DNA of 64,000 nucleotides, from the NCBI RefSeq assembly GCF_037042905.1, contig NC_087245.1:14200001-14264000 (forward strand), in the 5' to 3' direction. A program made the position numbers and the translations under genes. Of the stretch, positions 54,301 to 64,000 are shown in pieces. The stretch is from Lytechinus pictus. Lineage: Eukaryota. Below the pieces are notes generated by a model that was given only the letters and a program-made list of their open reading frames with translations, had not been told where the DNA came from and searched no databases. How positions within the stretch are numbered: position 1 is the stretch's first letter; each line of letters opens with the position of its first letter.

Positions 54301-57300
54301 TAGAATATGCATGTATATGAATTCAAGCGTTAACTCAATTATAGTGTGCTAATAGATGTCCTCTTTTTTATCACTTTGGCCTCGTAGGATAGTGAAAAGG
54401 AAACGGAAAAGGGTGGTGAAGAATGTGCTGATGGGAAGACAGATGAGGAAGGTGTTACCATGACAACTGGCCAACCGGCTACCATCAAAGAAGAGGATGA
54501 GAATGAGGTGGAGAAGCCAGAGAATCAAGGTACGGTAGATAAAAGAAAAGATGAGTGAATGAATGAATAGAGAGGTGATTCCATGGATCATGATAGAGTC
54601 TTGTAGGAGTACACAGCAGAGATGAGCTTGTAAGAATTAAAGAAATAAAATGAATGAATGAATTAATTAATGTATGTATCTATGGATGGGGGTTATGTGT
54701 TATTACATGAGTGGATGAATTTTTAATTTCAGTTTATGGATGGATGGATGGACGGACGGACGGGCAAATGAATGGACGAATGAATGGAGTGTGGATAGAT
54801 TATATGGAGCAGTGAGCAGTGAGAAGAGGGTTGGGGAAGAAATGGATGATTGACTGAATGAATCATTGAATCAATAAAATTAATCCCTCTTCATATCTTT
54901 ATCTCTCAATTAGAAGGAGAAGGTGCAGAAGAAGAGACACCGGCAGAACCAGAACCCGAGCCAGAGCCAGAACCGGTCTGTGAGCTTACTGATGAAGAGA
55001 AGGCAGCAAAGAAGAGAGAGGAAGCTGAATACAAACTATCGTAAGTTAATGCGCATGCGCCAAATACGATGGACAGACCATGTCCAAAACTGTATCACAC
55101 CACTCGCAGAATAAGTGCATAATAACTGGTCAGGTAATCCTTTCGCTTACCAGACATAGATAATGATAGGTGTGAATAGTCTTTTCAAAAAGTATAGGCG
55201 AACCTTTCCATTTCCACTTTTGTATGTGCTGTCATCAGAATTGCATTCAGTGTGCAGAGGCCTTTAGACTTGATGGGAGGGAGAGGGTGGATTGAAGGAG
55301 GAAAGGGTGGTGAGACCAGAAAAGAAGAGGGAGAGAGGGAGGATTGAAAGATGGATGTAATGAAGGAGAGAGAGAAACTAGAATGAGAGAGGGAGAGTGG
55401 GAGGGTGGCTTGCTTGAAGGTTGTGAGGGAGTGTATGAGAGAAAGGGAGAGAGAGTGAGATAGAAATCAAGACCTGAAAGAAATCAATATTGCATTGCAC
55501 AGGCTTTGGTCAATAGAAAGAGATGACGGGAAAGACGTGCCAAGATAAAGGAATGTAGTGAAAGAATGTCACAAATGAAACCAAATTGTTGAGAGATTTA
55601 ATGAATTGTTTGATCTTGATGTATGTGCATTATTTAGTCATGTTTTGAGAATAGCTTGGCTATGCCTATTTATGCAAAATTTACATTTTCATTGTGAACA
55701 GATTTGTTCTTGAAGAGATGGTTGTCACAGAGGGAGACTATGTTGCAGATCTGGCTAAAGTAGTAGATGTAAGTTTTTTTTATAATATTATTTTTCTGGT
55801 CCATTTTGATTATTATTTAGTTAATTAATTAATAATTAATTATTTATTTATGTTGAAAGTATACATGGTAACATACAGTTTACCTGGCAAGCAAAATAGA
55901 TAATGTGAATATACATGTGTTGATGTAACTATGCATATGATAACCTCGTTTATGAATAATAAAGTCAATGTTCAGTTGTCATTTCTTTGTTGATTTCAAG
56001 TGTTGGATGTTTGATCTAACTTGCAAACAAAATTAATGCCATCATTTTAAGTATCATTTATATGCTGTGTGTATATGTGGACTTGTCATTCCACAAAGTG
56101 GAGGTCTATGGTTCAATGCTAAACAAATCATATCAAAGAATTTTCTGCCCTGGACCTACATGTAAGTGTACGTGTCTGGTATATTTGAAGAACAAATGTC
56201 ATTTCATATTCTGCTGTGTTTTGTTGGTGTCATATTTTGTTGTAATTATTGTAATCATGACTAGATCAAATACATGTAGTGTATACATATATGTATACAC
56301 ATTGTACATGTGTGTATTAAGGAATTTATGACTTCTCTTTTAAATCTCTCTTTCTCTTTGACTCACTGTCTCGCTGTTTCCCCTCTCACTATCTCCGTCT
56401 CTGTAAAACATGACAATTTTTCTCATTTTTTGCTTTATGTTTGCAGGGCTATCGAGAAGAGATGAAGAAAGATGAAACAGAATTACCATCAGAAATGGAG
56501 CTTGGAAAAGTAAAGATTATCTTTGGAAACATTCATCAGATCTTTGAATGGCATAGAGAGTAAGTGTGACCTTTAAAATGAGTAGAGTTTTCCTATTGAT
56601 TAAGATCAATGGTGCAACTGCAAGAAACTAATCAATTGCAATTATCAATTACAAATTTCCAATGGATACAATGTTAACTATCTTTTCCCTTGTAAGAAGA
56701 CGACTAGAGCCCCACAGCACAATGCTTAGTGCTTGACCATGTTGCCGATTTTTACACTGGATTACATTGATTAATATGTGCAGTCAGTTGTAAGAATCAG
56801 GTGTAAAATCAACCTCTAAGCTTTGTGTTACAGGCCCAGTAGTCATTCTCATTGTCAGTGAATTACAAGACTTATGATTGATATCACAGAGGACATCCCT
56901 GGTGTGTGTATACACCGAACACACCAACAACAAAAAAATTATGCTACAGCCAGATTTGTTAATTTGCAATTAATGGCTTACATATATCTCTCGTATAGCA
57001 ATTTGATCTGGTCAGTTCTTCACTTAAAAATGAAATTCAATCAGGGGTAGTTTGCAAAGGGTTAAGTTGGACTTGAAATCACTTTTAAATTCCCAGTTTC
57101 ATTCAATATGTAATTTATCACCATATTGGTCAGGGTGTGTGCTTCTGCATATTCATCATTGTACAACACCTACTTAGCTTGTTGTATGCGAGTAAATGGG
57201 AGGCTGAATGCCAAGCATTCGTACCGTTGCACACAAGACGTACCATCCAAAATGTACCGTTGCACGGGTTTAGGAGGTGACGTCACAATACGATTTAATT

Positions 57301-60300
57301 CATTGCGCTCAGTAAAATGAAGGTGCGATACGCGTATAAGCCTGCTGGCTAAATGCGCAATGCTGCCCAAGGTCATGTGCGCTTGTGGGATTTTACTTTT
57401 CAATTTTTTTGCTTCCTTTTCATAGATTACTGCAGGGAAAAACTTGTTTTTTTCATATTTTCGCTAAATTCCGAGGCGTTGTACAACACAAATAGCGAAT
57501 ATTCTTATTCGTTGAAAGAAAGAGATGCTCTATTCAACTCTGCTAACGCCTCGTTGAATAGAGCATCTTTCTTTCACCTCATGCGAAATCTTGCACCATC
57601 GCACTCATGCCTATTCGCCATTTGTATAATGTATAACTTATGTTCAATATCATGTGGGTGTTAGTGCTTAGGCATGACTTCAAGTTACTCTTTACTCTTT
57701 GTGAACCCCCACCCCCCCCCCCCACCAAAAAAAAAGCAGACGTGAAATAGTGATTTATTTCTCCATGTCTTCCTTCAGCACATTCTCCAAGGAGATAGCC
57801 AAGGTCAAAGAAGAACCAGAGAAACTAGGCCCACTCTTCAAAAGATATGTAAGTACCAACTTCTTTGATGTCATCTGCTGTCTTCACAGAAACTTCTTGC
57901 AGCATATAAGAAAAGAATAGTGAAAAGAGAAGAAGGTGAAGACAACAAAATTGAAATGCAACAATAATTTGCAAAAGTTAACCATCTCACACTTATTTCT
58001 AATTATCATAGAAAATAAATTTATTGATGTGTATGTGTAATTGAGTAAGATAAAACAAGACTGTGATATTTTTAAATGGATGATAGACATGTATAGAAAT
58101 GCTTCAAAAAACAAGAAATGTGCGGTTTTCCCTTGATTAAAGTTCAACTACGATTTCTTGTTGTTGACTTGTAGAACATATTTTTATTTTTTATCTTAAT
58201 GCCATCCCAAAAGAGAAAAAAAGAAAAACAAAATTATGTTCATTTGAAGACTATGGTTTCTTTTGATAAATTATAGACCTAAAATAAGATACTTCAATTT
58301 GGCAGATGATTGTTTTCTGGATTAAAGTTTAACTGTGGTTTCTTGTTGTTTACCAGATTGGTAATTGAATATTTTCATTAATACTTCCAGGCCAAGCTAT
58401 TACTTTCTATGATCATAACTGCCCCCACCCCCCCCCCCCCAAAAAAAAAGGTGAGAATGGCACTCCAAAGGAAAAGAAAAAAAATAATGATTTTAAGACT
58501 ATAGTGTCTTCTTGGAGACTCAACAGTAAAGAAGATTCCTGAATCAGCAGATAATTGGTAACAATATCTGATAGTTGGTATTTATTTCTTTCATGCATCA
58601 TTGTGGGTTCTTGTTGATTTACAGGAGCGGAGATTACGTATGTATGTGGTGTACTGTCAGAACAAACCCAAATCAGAGTACATCGTCAACGAGTTTGAGA
58701 CATTCTTTGAGGTTAGTCCACACCTTCCTTCACTTTTTAATGTGTTTTTATCATAGCAGAGCTTGCTATCTTGACATGCCCATTTTTTCCAAACCACATT
58801 TTACTTTTTCAATAAACAACAAGTCCAGTTCTGGTAAGACTTTGGAGATGATTTAACGCATTTCATTTATTTTTAGCTTGTGTGTGGCAAAATGGTTTTA
58901 AATCAAGTCGCCTTGAAGCGTGTAATGTTTTTTTTATAACTAGTTGATAATTATTTCTACTCATATTTTGAAATATATTTGGTAATTGTTTTCTATCATT
59001 CCTTCAACTGTAGATTTATCTGTTGATCCATCTAAGTGAACAAATTTGTCAGTCCTTCTTCAGTTCTTCAACACAAAATACACTGTTAATGAAAGCTTGT
59101 AGAAAGCATTGTTGCATCGTAAAATCCATTTGATTAAAGATGAATGTTAATTATGGGATGTCATTTTACAGATTTGAGGGGAAAAAAGCATTCAAGGACT
59201 TGTGTGTACTGATTAGTTCCATCTTTCCAAAAACTGCACCAAGCATGTGGATACATGTATTTCATTAAAATGGTCTTCCCCCCCCCCCTCCCCTTGTCCT
59301 TAAATTTTCTCCTTTTTATTGCATTTCTACAGGAGTTAAGAGTAAAACTTGGTCACAAATTGGCCCTCTCTGATCTACTAATCAAACCTGTCCAGAGGAT
59401 CATGAAATACCAGTTACTACTAAAGGTATGAGTCAGCTAAGCAGTTTCATCATTCTTAATTTCTTTGTTCCATTTACTTAGAAAAATGAACATATTTTGT
59501 GAGAAGAAAAGGGCAACAGGGGGAAAAAGGAAATCATAAATCGTGTTAATTTCTATGAATGTTTGATATAACATAGGTTTTTATAGGGAAAAAAACAATT
59601 GAAAGTTTTATACATGTGCCATTGAGTCTATGACCTCCTTGCCATGTGCAATTGAATATATAGCTGCAAAGCCTCTCAAAGTGATAGCTACATGTACTCG
59701 ATTGAATAAATTAATTTAATGCAGTTTTGTTGAATTCAAATGAAAATTGGGTCATCTTGTTCTAATTTGCACTTATAGATAGTTGCTCATGTAATTCAAT
59801 CCTTGACTTCAGGTGTAAAGAAATATTCAGATTTTGATCAAAGTTGTTCTTGAGGGTCTTTTGTCAAGGGTAAAAATAATTGTCTTGAATCTGAAGATGA
59901 TGGTGAGAAGATGAGAAAATTTACCCCGGATAATTATTTGCTGGAGGAGATGTTACATAACTTGTACTCCTCCATTGCAATTCTTCACTGTTTTATAAGC
60001 CTTGTCTAGTGCGATTACAAAACGGCTGTCATATGAAGAAAAACAAATTTAAAGAAAGAATCAAATTTTAAGCTATCAAACTGCAGATGATGAGTAATCT
60101 TGATTTCAATTTTCGTTATGTGTATTTTATTCCTCTTGGGATGATCCACTTGCAGCAAGAAATTAAAAATTAAAAAAAATTGGAAAAGGTAAAATCAGTT
60201 CCAGATGTGAAATTGGGAAGAAAAATTGTATCCATCGTGTGTTGAATGTTTTGCCCCATGCAGGTTTTCAAGGCACTTTCCCTGATTTTCATTTTTTTTT

Positions 60301-63300
60301 TATGTTGATGAAGAATTAGATGGCCAACGAAGAAACATTCCAAGAGGAATCCTGCATAAAGACATGGCTGAAAGTAGTCCTGACTAACTTGAAAATTTTC
60401 TGCCATCCACAAAGTTACAGATGATGTGTAACATACATTTTTGGGTGTTTTTTAATAACAGGACATCTTGAAACAGTCACAGCGAGCTGGCATGGATACT
60501 ACAGAGCTTGAACAAGCCGTAAACATCATGAAAGTCGTCCCGAAGAAAGCTAATGACATGATGGCTATAAGTAGACTGCAAGGATGGGATGTAAGCCATA
60601 ATCTAAACTATCTAATCTATAATGTAATCTTTTATCATTTTGTTAATTTTTGGATAATAATATTTGTATAATGCACGACACCTCTTTATCAGAAGTCTTT
60701 AAGCCCTCTACAATAAAATGCAGAATAATTACCTTGGCTGTAGGAGAGCTGCTGTTACTTGCTCAGCGTTTCAGGAATAAATTCCTGCCAGGTACCTCAC
60801 CTGGCTTGAGTGAAGCACATTTTTTTGTATTATTTTATGGTGTTATTGTTAAGTAAGAAATAAATCCACATCATGCTGCACTGGACTCAAGATGTAATGA
60901 GTGGGTACCTGGCAGGAATGTTTATTCCTTGAAATGCTTGTGCAAATGCCTGTAATAAAGGATGACCATTTAGGCTTTAGCCAGGGAAATGACCACAAAT
61001 TAGCACTGTGAGCACTGCATTGTGGATATCCCAAATGGCATTCCTTCAAATGCTGTTATATACTTCTTTGAATTTGTTCCCATTCAAATTTATTTGGATT
61101 TTTATAGTGGTTTTGCATGTTTTATGACTACATGTGTATTTTCACAAACATTTCCAGTTAGGGTAAGATATAAGTTTGTATGATGTAACAGCCATTATTA
61201 GATGTTTCCAATGAAGCAATGAATGAATGATATGTAAATGATGACATAAGGAATTGTGAATGATCTGATAAGATTTGGGGGTTACACGGTAGAAGGTCAG
61301 AAAGGTTATCATTGAAAAGCTTTGTAGTTGTATTGGTAATATATTTCTGATCAGGGATAGATGGAGGCATAAATTTGGACTACAGACAGTCGAGAATTCA
61401 ACTAGTCCCCTTATTTATAATATAGTCAATTTTTTTTTTTTTTCTCATTTTTTGGACAACGTTTTACTGTTGGACCAAAATAGTATGTCTTTTGTGAATG
61501 AGTTAGAAGCTGGCACTCCATTGTATATCTGAGGTTAATATTGGCTAACTCAATCAAAGCCAGAGGAATACCATACAATGAGGTGTGTATTTTGTGTAAC
61601 AGATTATCTAACTTTCTTGCTGATATGATTCTCGTTTCAGGGAAAGATCAATGCACAAGGGGAGCTGCTTCTACAAGATACACTCTCAGTGGCAATAGCA
61701 GATGAAGGAACCCAGAAGTATAAAGAACGACGGGTGTTCATGTTTGAACAGATCATCATCTTTGCCGACCAACTGGAGAAGAAGAAGGGCTTCAGTAATC
61801 CAGGTTATATCTTCAAACATAGTATCAAGGTAAGATTTGAACTATGCAGAAAAAAAAGTGGAATGTCTGAAAGAAATGTAATTTTTACCATGTTTTTCAT
61901 GCTGATTTTCATTTTATCTTCTCATACATGTATTTTGTTTGTATTTGCCAGTATCATGAAAAAAATCATTGATTTTATGTCAATTCAATATGTTCACCTT
62001 CATTTACAGTATATCTCTCTCTCTCTCTCTTCTACTTACTGTATCTCTCTCTATGTTTCACTCTCTCTCCGTCTCTCTCTTTCTCTTTTTCTCCATTACT
62101 TCTTTTTGGTTTTCTAATATTTGCCTTTTCAATATATCTATCTTTGTGTTTGCATTCATCTTGTGTATTTATATAACTGTTCTCTATCAAATCTACACTA
62201 AATCTTTCCATCCTGTCCCCATTTTCTCAATCTGACTCAATTTCCTTATGTTTCTGCATTTTCCCCTTCTCTATTGTCTCTCTGTCTCTGTTTGTCTGCC
62301 TGTCTCTTTCCATTTCCCTTACCCCAGGTGAACCAGCTAGTGTTGGACGATGAGGACGACCCTATCAAGTTTACACTAAGAGCCAAGGCCAAAGATGGTC
62401 TAGTGCTCAACTGCCAGGCAACTACCCCAGAGAGCAAGATCAACTGGGTCAAAGAGATCAGCCAAGTCGTTAATCAGCAGCAAAACCTCCTGAAAGGTGG
62501 GTTTTTGTTTCCGCGTGACCATTGGCCCCCTCCCCTTACATTTTCCAGGGTCCTGATGATTTACCAAATTGTAAATTGTGAAGTCAAATTTGCAGTTGAC
62601 TCCACATCTAAAAGTCAATAGAGAAATGCAATACCTCATAAGGGGCATGATGAATCGTCAAACAAAAGTTAGTCAAAATAAATGTTCTTACATAAATATT
62701 GTGACAATGTTAGATGTTAAACTCTTTATTTACCTTTATATTCCATCAGCACTGCAATCACCAATTGCTTACCAGAAAGGACTAGAGGGAGGACAAAGTT
62801 TAGGATTGGATCCTTTTGGAGCCCCAGAGGGCAAATCTCCTGGTCCATCCCCTGCACCGTCCCCTACCTCGCCAAGTGCGGACAAGTCCACCAAACTGCG
62901 CAAGGCTGTATCTCAAAGCAGTGAAGCCCCAACGCAGCTCCAAAAACAACATAACCTCTTCAGCAGCCTCAAGAGCCGCAAGAACCAGACTGCTCCAGCA
63001 GCTATATCTCTTAACGAACTCAGAGAGACCAAGAACAATGCCAAGAAAAATGACGCAAAGTCTGGTACGCCCACCCATGATGAAAAAGGAGAAAAAGGGA
63101 AGGACGATAAGAAGGACAACCAGGCAGGGTCGCCATCTATCCGTAGGAAATTTTTTGATGGATTGTTTCATTCATTTCGTCCAAGCAAGTCAAGGGATAC
63201 GAGCCCGATGGGAAGCAAGGAGAGTTTGCAGAAGGGCAAAGAGCACAAAGAAGTACCCAGCACTCCTAAAGAGACTGTGGAGAAAGGAAACAAGTCAGTA

Positions 63301-63798
63301 CCGGTGTCAAGTCATTTGGATTTAGTGACGACTAACAATTCAACGACGGAGAACGCTTCGGCGGAAAGTCCGAAGACTAACGCAGCTAATAAGAGTCCGC
63401 TAATGCGGACGCAAAGTGCAAATATTGGAACTGCTGTTATCAGCAACGAGAAGATGTCACCAGGGTCAGTTTCAGCCGGCAATGGTAGTGGGGTCACAAT
63501 TGATAACAAAGCCAAAGGGAGTCCATTACATGTGATAAGCTCCTCCAGCCCGTCTAAAGACAGTGGCGTTTCCGTACGCTCAAAGCGTGCATCCACAGGT
63601 TCGCTACAGAAAGATAGCGAAATGAATGGAAAGGACAGTACAGAATCACCGTCCAGTCAGAAGAAAGAAGGTCAAACCTCATCTCCTGCGCGTTCGCAAA
63701 TTCCTCATGGGGTCATAAATCGAGATCAGGCAGGCTCACCCTTCAATCGATCAAGCTATACATCAGTTTCCAGTTCAGAACTTGACGATGGAACGTTT
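30060..63798 (+). CDS. trio: Trio/Kalirin-family Rho guanine nucleotide exchange factor, partial multi-exon gene (post-SH3 linker, second DH-PH, Galphaq-binding extension, Ser-rich linker); continues beyond window
   Basis: 15 exons with canonical AG/GT sites and matching phases, 2684 nt in total. Motifs recognised from Trio/Kalirin/p63Rho[112 protein letters not shown]. Confidence 0.93.
31499..31684. mobile_element. foldback MITE, copy 1
   Basis: Arms GTAAGTTAAGAGCGACTTTAAGAAC..CTGGTGA and TCACCAGTCGTTCTTAAAGTCGCTCTTAACTTAC. Confidence 0.85.
31680..32371. mobile_element. Harbinger-like MITE with CATCCG/CGGATG-rich interior
   Basis: Perfect 13-bp TIR CCTGGTCCCACTG (31680-31692) and CAGTGGGACCAGG (32357-32369). 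Confidence 0.75.
33667..33840. mobile_element. foldback MITE, copy 2 of the 31499 family
   Basis: GTTTCATAAAGCTGTTCGTAAGTTAGAGTGACTTTAAGAA and TTCTTAAAGTCACTCTTAACTTACAAACAGCTTTATGAAAC. Confidence 0.85.
34038..34583. mobile_element. Kolobok-like MITE with ~120-bp TIRs (AGG...CCT termini, TTAA-type target)
   Basis: Left AGGACAAGTCCACCCC..ATCGGATGTAAAATAAGAAAGTTATGACATTTT, right AAAATGTCATATCTTTCTTATTTTACATCCGAT..ACTTGACCT-TTAA. Confidence 0.8.
35510..35997. mobile_element. PIF/Harbinger-like MITE, perfect 18-bp TIR and TAA target duplication
   Basis: TAA-TATGCTTTTCACACTGCA ... TGCAGTGTGAAAAGCATA-TAA, with internal GGGGTTAAG/CTTA(A/G)CCC repeats. Confidence 0.9.
36040..36181. mobile_element. 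short hairpin MITE (related copy at ~40357-40469)
   Basis: GTGTCAGTACAAGAACGCC and GGCATTCTTGCACTAACAC; second copy GTGTCAGTGCAAGAACGCC and GGTGTTCTTGAACTGACAT. Confidence 0.65.
36422..36542 (+). CDS. trio: trio exon, phase 2 to 0: [40 protein letters not shown]
   Basis: Acceptor ttttcccgttcccag, donor CAG|gtaaat. Carries the KWLTSP(V/I)R motif conserved in Trio/Kalirin. Confidence 0.92.
37140..37223. mobile_element. 84-bp piggyBac-like mini-MITE
   Basis: TTAA-CCTGTTGAGGACTGA ... TCATTCTTCAACAGG-TTAA. Confidence 0.7.
38250..38335 (+). promoter_or_regulatory. possible internal promoter: CRE palindrome plus CCAAT box in a CpG-retaining patch
   Basis: TGACGTCA at 38258-38265 and AGCCAATCA at 38322-38330. 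Confidence 0.35.
40553..40773. repeat. (GAA/GGA)n purine microsatellite, resuming at 41057-41105
   Basis: Visible directly in the sequence. Confidence 0.95.
40774..41056 (-). mobile_element. full-length tRNA-derived SINE with (TAT)n tail, sitting in the GAA tract
   Basis: Minus strand: A box TGGTCTAGTGG, B box GGTTCGAATCC, core CCCAGGTGAGGTAAATGGGTACC, tail GCGCTATACAAATCCTATATTATTATT. Confidence 0.9.
41854..42371. mobile_element. non-autonomous DNA element with G-rich/C-rich termini and 8-11-bp target duplication
   Basis: ATCAGCTGCCC at 41846-41856 and 42372-42382. Left end CCCCAGGGGGAGG, right end a poly-C run. Confidence 0.7.
43461..43538 (+). CDS. trio: probable trio exon, phase 0 to 0 (possible cassette): [26 protein letters not shown]
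   Basis: Acceptor ttgtttcatttcag, donor GAG|gtgaga, 78 nt open, purine-rich. No family motif recognised. Confidence 0.7.
44438..44625 (-). mobile_element. 5'-truncated SINE of the 40774 family
   Basis: Shares CCTCACCTGGGTCGAGTGCAGCACAGTGTGGATAAAT and has a (TAA)n tail. Confidence 0.85.
46202..46369 (+). CDS. trio: trio exon, phase 0 to 0: [56 protein letters not shown]
   Basis: Acceptor tttgtttacaaatgtag, donor GAG|gtaaag. Acidic run plus VPLPPPM matches the Trio linker. Confidence 0.9.
47787..51441. mobile_element. 3.65-kb non-autonomous DNA transposon (Kolobok-like: TTAA target duplication, GG...CC ends)
   Basis: TTAA-GGACGTTCCTCAGTTA ... TAACTGTGGAACGTCC-TTAA, TIR 15/16 identical. Confidence 0.85.
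48240..50530. repeat. tandem array of about 10 units of ~224-235 bp with a ~457-bp dimeric higher-order repeat
   Basis: CCATGT(C/A)ATTTTCA recurs at ~48245, 48471, 48705, 48940, 49164, 49399, 49623, 49855, 50079, 50287 and 50511. Near-identical 75-aa ORFs at 48954, 49413 and 49869 are spaced 459 and 456 bp. Confidence 0.95.
54388..54529 (+). CDS. trio: trio exon, phase 0 to 1, acidic linker [13 protein letters not shown]...EVEKPENQ
   Basis: Acceptor cactttggcctcgtag, donor AAG|gtacgg, 142 nt open, phase fits both neighbours. Confidence 0.8.
54914..55040 (+). CDS. trio: trio exon, phase 1 to 2: (E)[41 protein letters not shown](S)
   Basis: Acceptor tctctcaattag, donor TC|gtaagt, leads in frame into the DH domain. 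Confidence 0.87.
55702..55768 (+). CDS. trio: trio DH exon: [22 protein letters not shown]
   Basis: DH conserved region 1 (TExDYVxDL); cag acceptor, gtaagt donor. Confidence 0.95.
56447..56559 (+). CDS. trio: trio DH exon: [37 protein letters not shown](D)
   Basis: [11 protein letters not shown] motif; tttgcag acceptor, gtaagt donor. Confidence 0.96.
57158..57629 (+). mobile_element. interspersed repeat with 3' palindrome, copy 2, nested in a degenerate foldback MITE (~57042-57712)
   Basis: Homologous to 25820-26335. Flanks show TIR remnants GCAAAGGGTTAAGTTGGACTTGAAATCA and TGACTTCAAGTTACTCTTTACTCTTTGTGAA. Confidence 0.75.
57779..57848 (+). CDS. trio: trio DH exon: [23 protein letters not shown]
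   Basis: ttccttcag acceptor, gtaagt donor, phase 2 to 0 as required. Confidence 0.94.
58625..58711 (+). CDS. trio: trio DH exon: [29 protein letters not shown]
   Basis: [12 protein letters not shown] is characteristic of Trio/Kalirin GEF2 and p63RhoGEF; tttacag acceptor, gttagt donor. Confidence 0.96.
59333..59425 (+). CDS. trio: trio DH exon: [31 protein letters not shown]
   Basis: DH conserved region 3; ttctacag acceptor, gtatga donor. Confidence 0.97.
60462..60590 (+). CDS. trio: trio DH C-terminal exon: [43 protein letters not shown]
   Basis: ANDMM motif; aacag acceptor, gtaagc donor. Confidence 0.96.
60725..61040. mobile_element. two oppositely oriented SINE fragments
   Basis: ATTCCTGCCAGGTACC (60781-60796) and GGTACCTGGCAGGAAT (60904-60919); both resemble the 40774 SINE core. 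Confidence 0.65.
61641..61829 (+). CDS. trio: trio PH exon: [17 protein letters not shown]...[35 protein letters not shown]
   Basis: PH-domain motifs of Trio GEF2; gtttcag acceptor, gtaaga donor. Confidence 0.97.
62328..62496 (+). CDS. trio: trio PH C-terminal exon: [17 protein letters not shown]...[20 protein letters not shown]
   Basis: PH C-terminal helix with conserved Trp; ccccag acceptor, G|gtgggt donor (phase 1). Confidence 0.95.
62750..63798 (+). CDS. trio: trio large exon (1049 nt): [10 protein letters not shown] extension, then Ser/Lys/Pro-rich disordered linker ending ...ELDDGTF
   Basis: ttccatcag acceptor in phase 1, lies within ORF 62578..63858, donor TTT|gtgagt at 63799. Confidence 0.9.
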
Positions 63799-64000
63799 GT
63801 GAGTTTATCATTTTTTGCACGCTTGCAATGTTTACCTTTATTAATCCACCTCCAATGAATATATGAATGCATTTATTTCAAGCTATATCAAATTTCTTGC
63901 TAGTCCAAATTTGTTCCAATGATAAATATCTAAAATATATTTCAAGTGTGATATTCCAAGGATGAGCCACAAAGAATCTGTAAATTTTGTTGTCCTATTC

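Noticed and set aside
53520..54352. Hydrophobic ORFs of 64-176 aa
   Set aside because: Low-complexity polypyrimidine intron sequence.
62578..62749. N-terminal part of the 426-aa ORF
   Set aside because: Intronic read-through; coding starts at the 62750 acceptor.

Overview
AT-rich animal genomic DNA, not prokaryotic. From the repeat landscape it is probably an invertebrate deuterostome such as a sea urchin (inference only). The window covers the middle of one large + strand intron-rich gene, a Trio/Kalirin-family RhoGEF. I assembled by eye 15 GT-AG exons from 30060 to 63798 that are phase-consistent (2684 nt, about 895 codons). They encode the post-SH3 linker (GPKR..KKWLTSP, VPLPPPM), the second RhoA-type DH-PH module, the Galphaq-binding ALQSPIxYQ extension and a long Ser/Lys/Pro-rich linker. 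The gene continues past the right edge, and no upstream SH3/GEF1 exon is visible. The first 30 kb hold several ATG-bearing, phase-1 candidate alternative first exons (polybasic, 14-3-3-motif and di-cysteine N-termini) that all splice in frame to the 30060 exon. Introns contain many MITEs, tRNA-SINEs, a SINE whose head closely matches the 7SL/Alu domain, two Penelope-type minimal hammerhead ribozyme motifs, and a 3.65-kb TTAA-flanked DNA element carrying an internal ~230/459-bp higher-order tandem array. Most ORFs in the supplied track are spurious.
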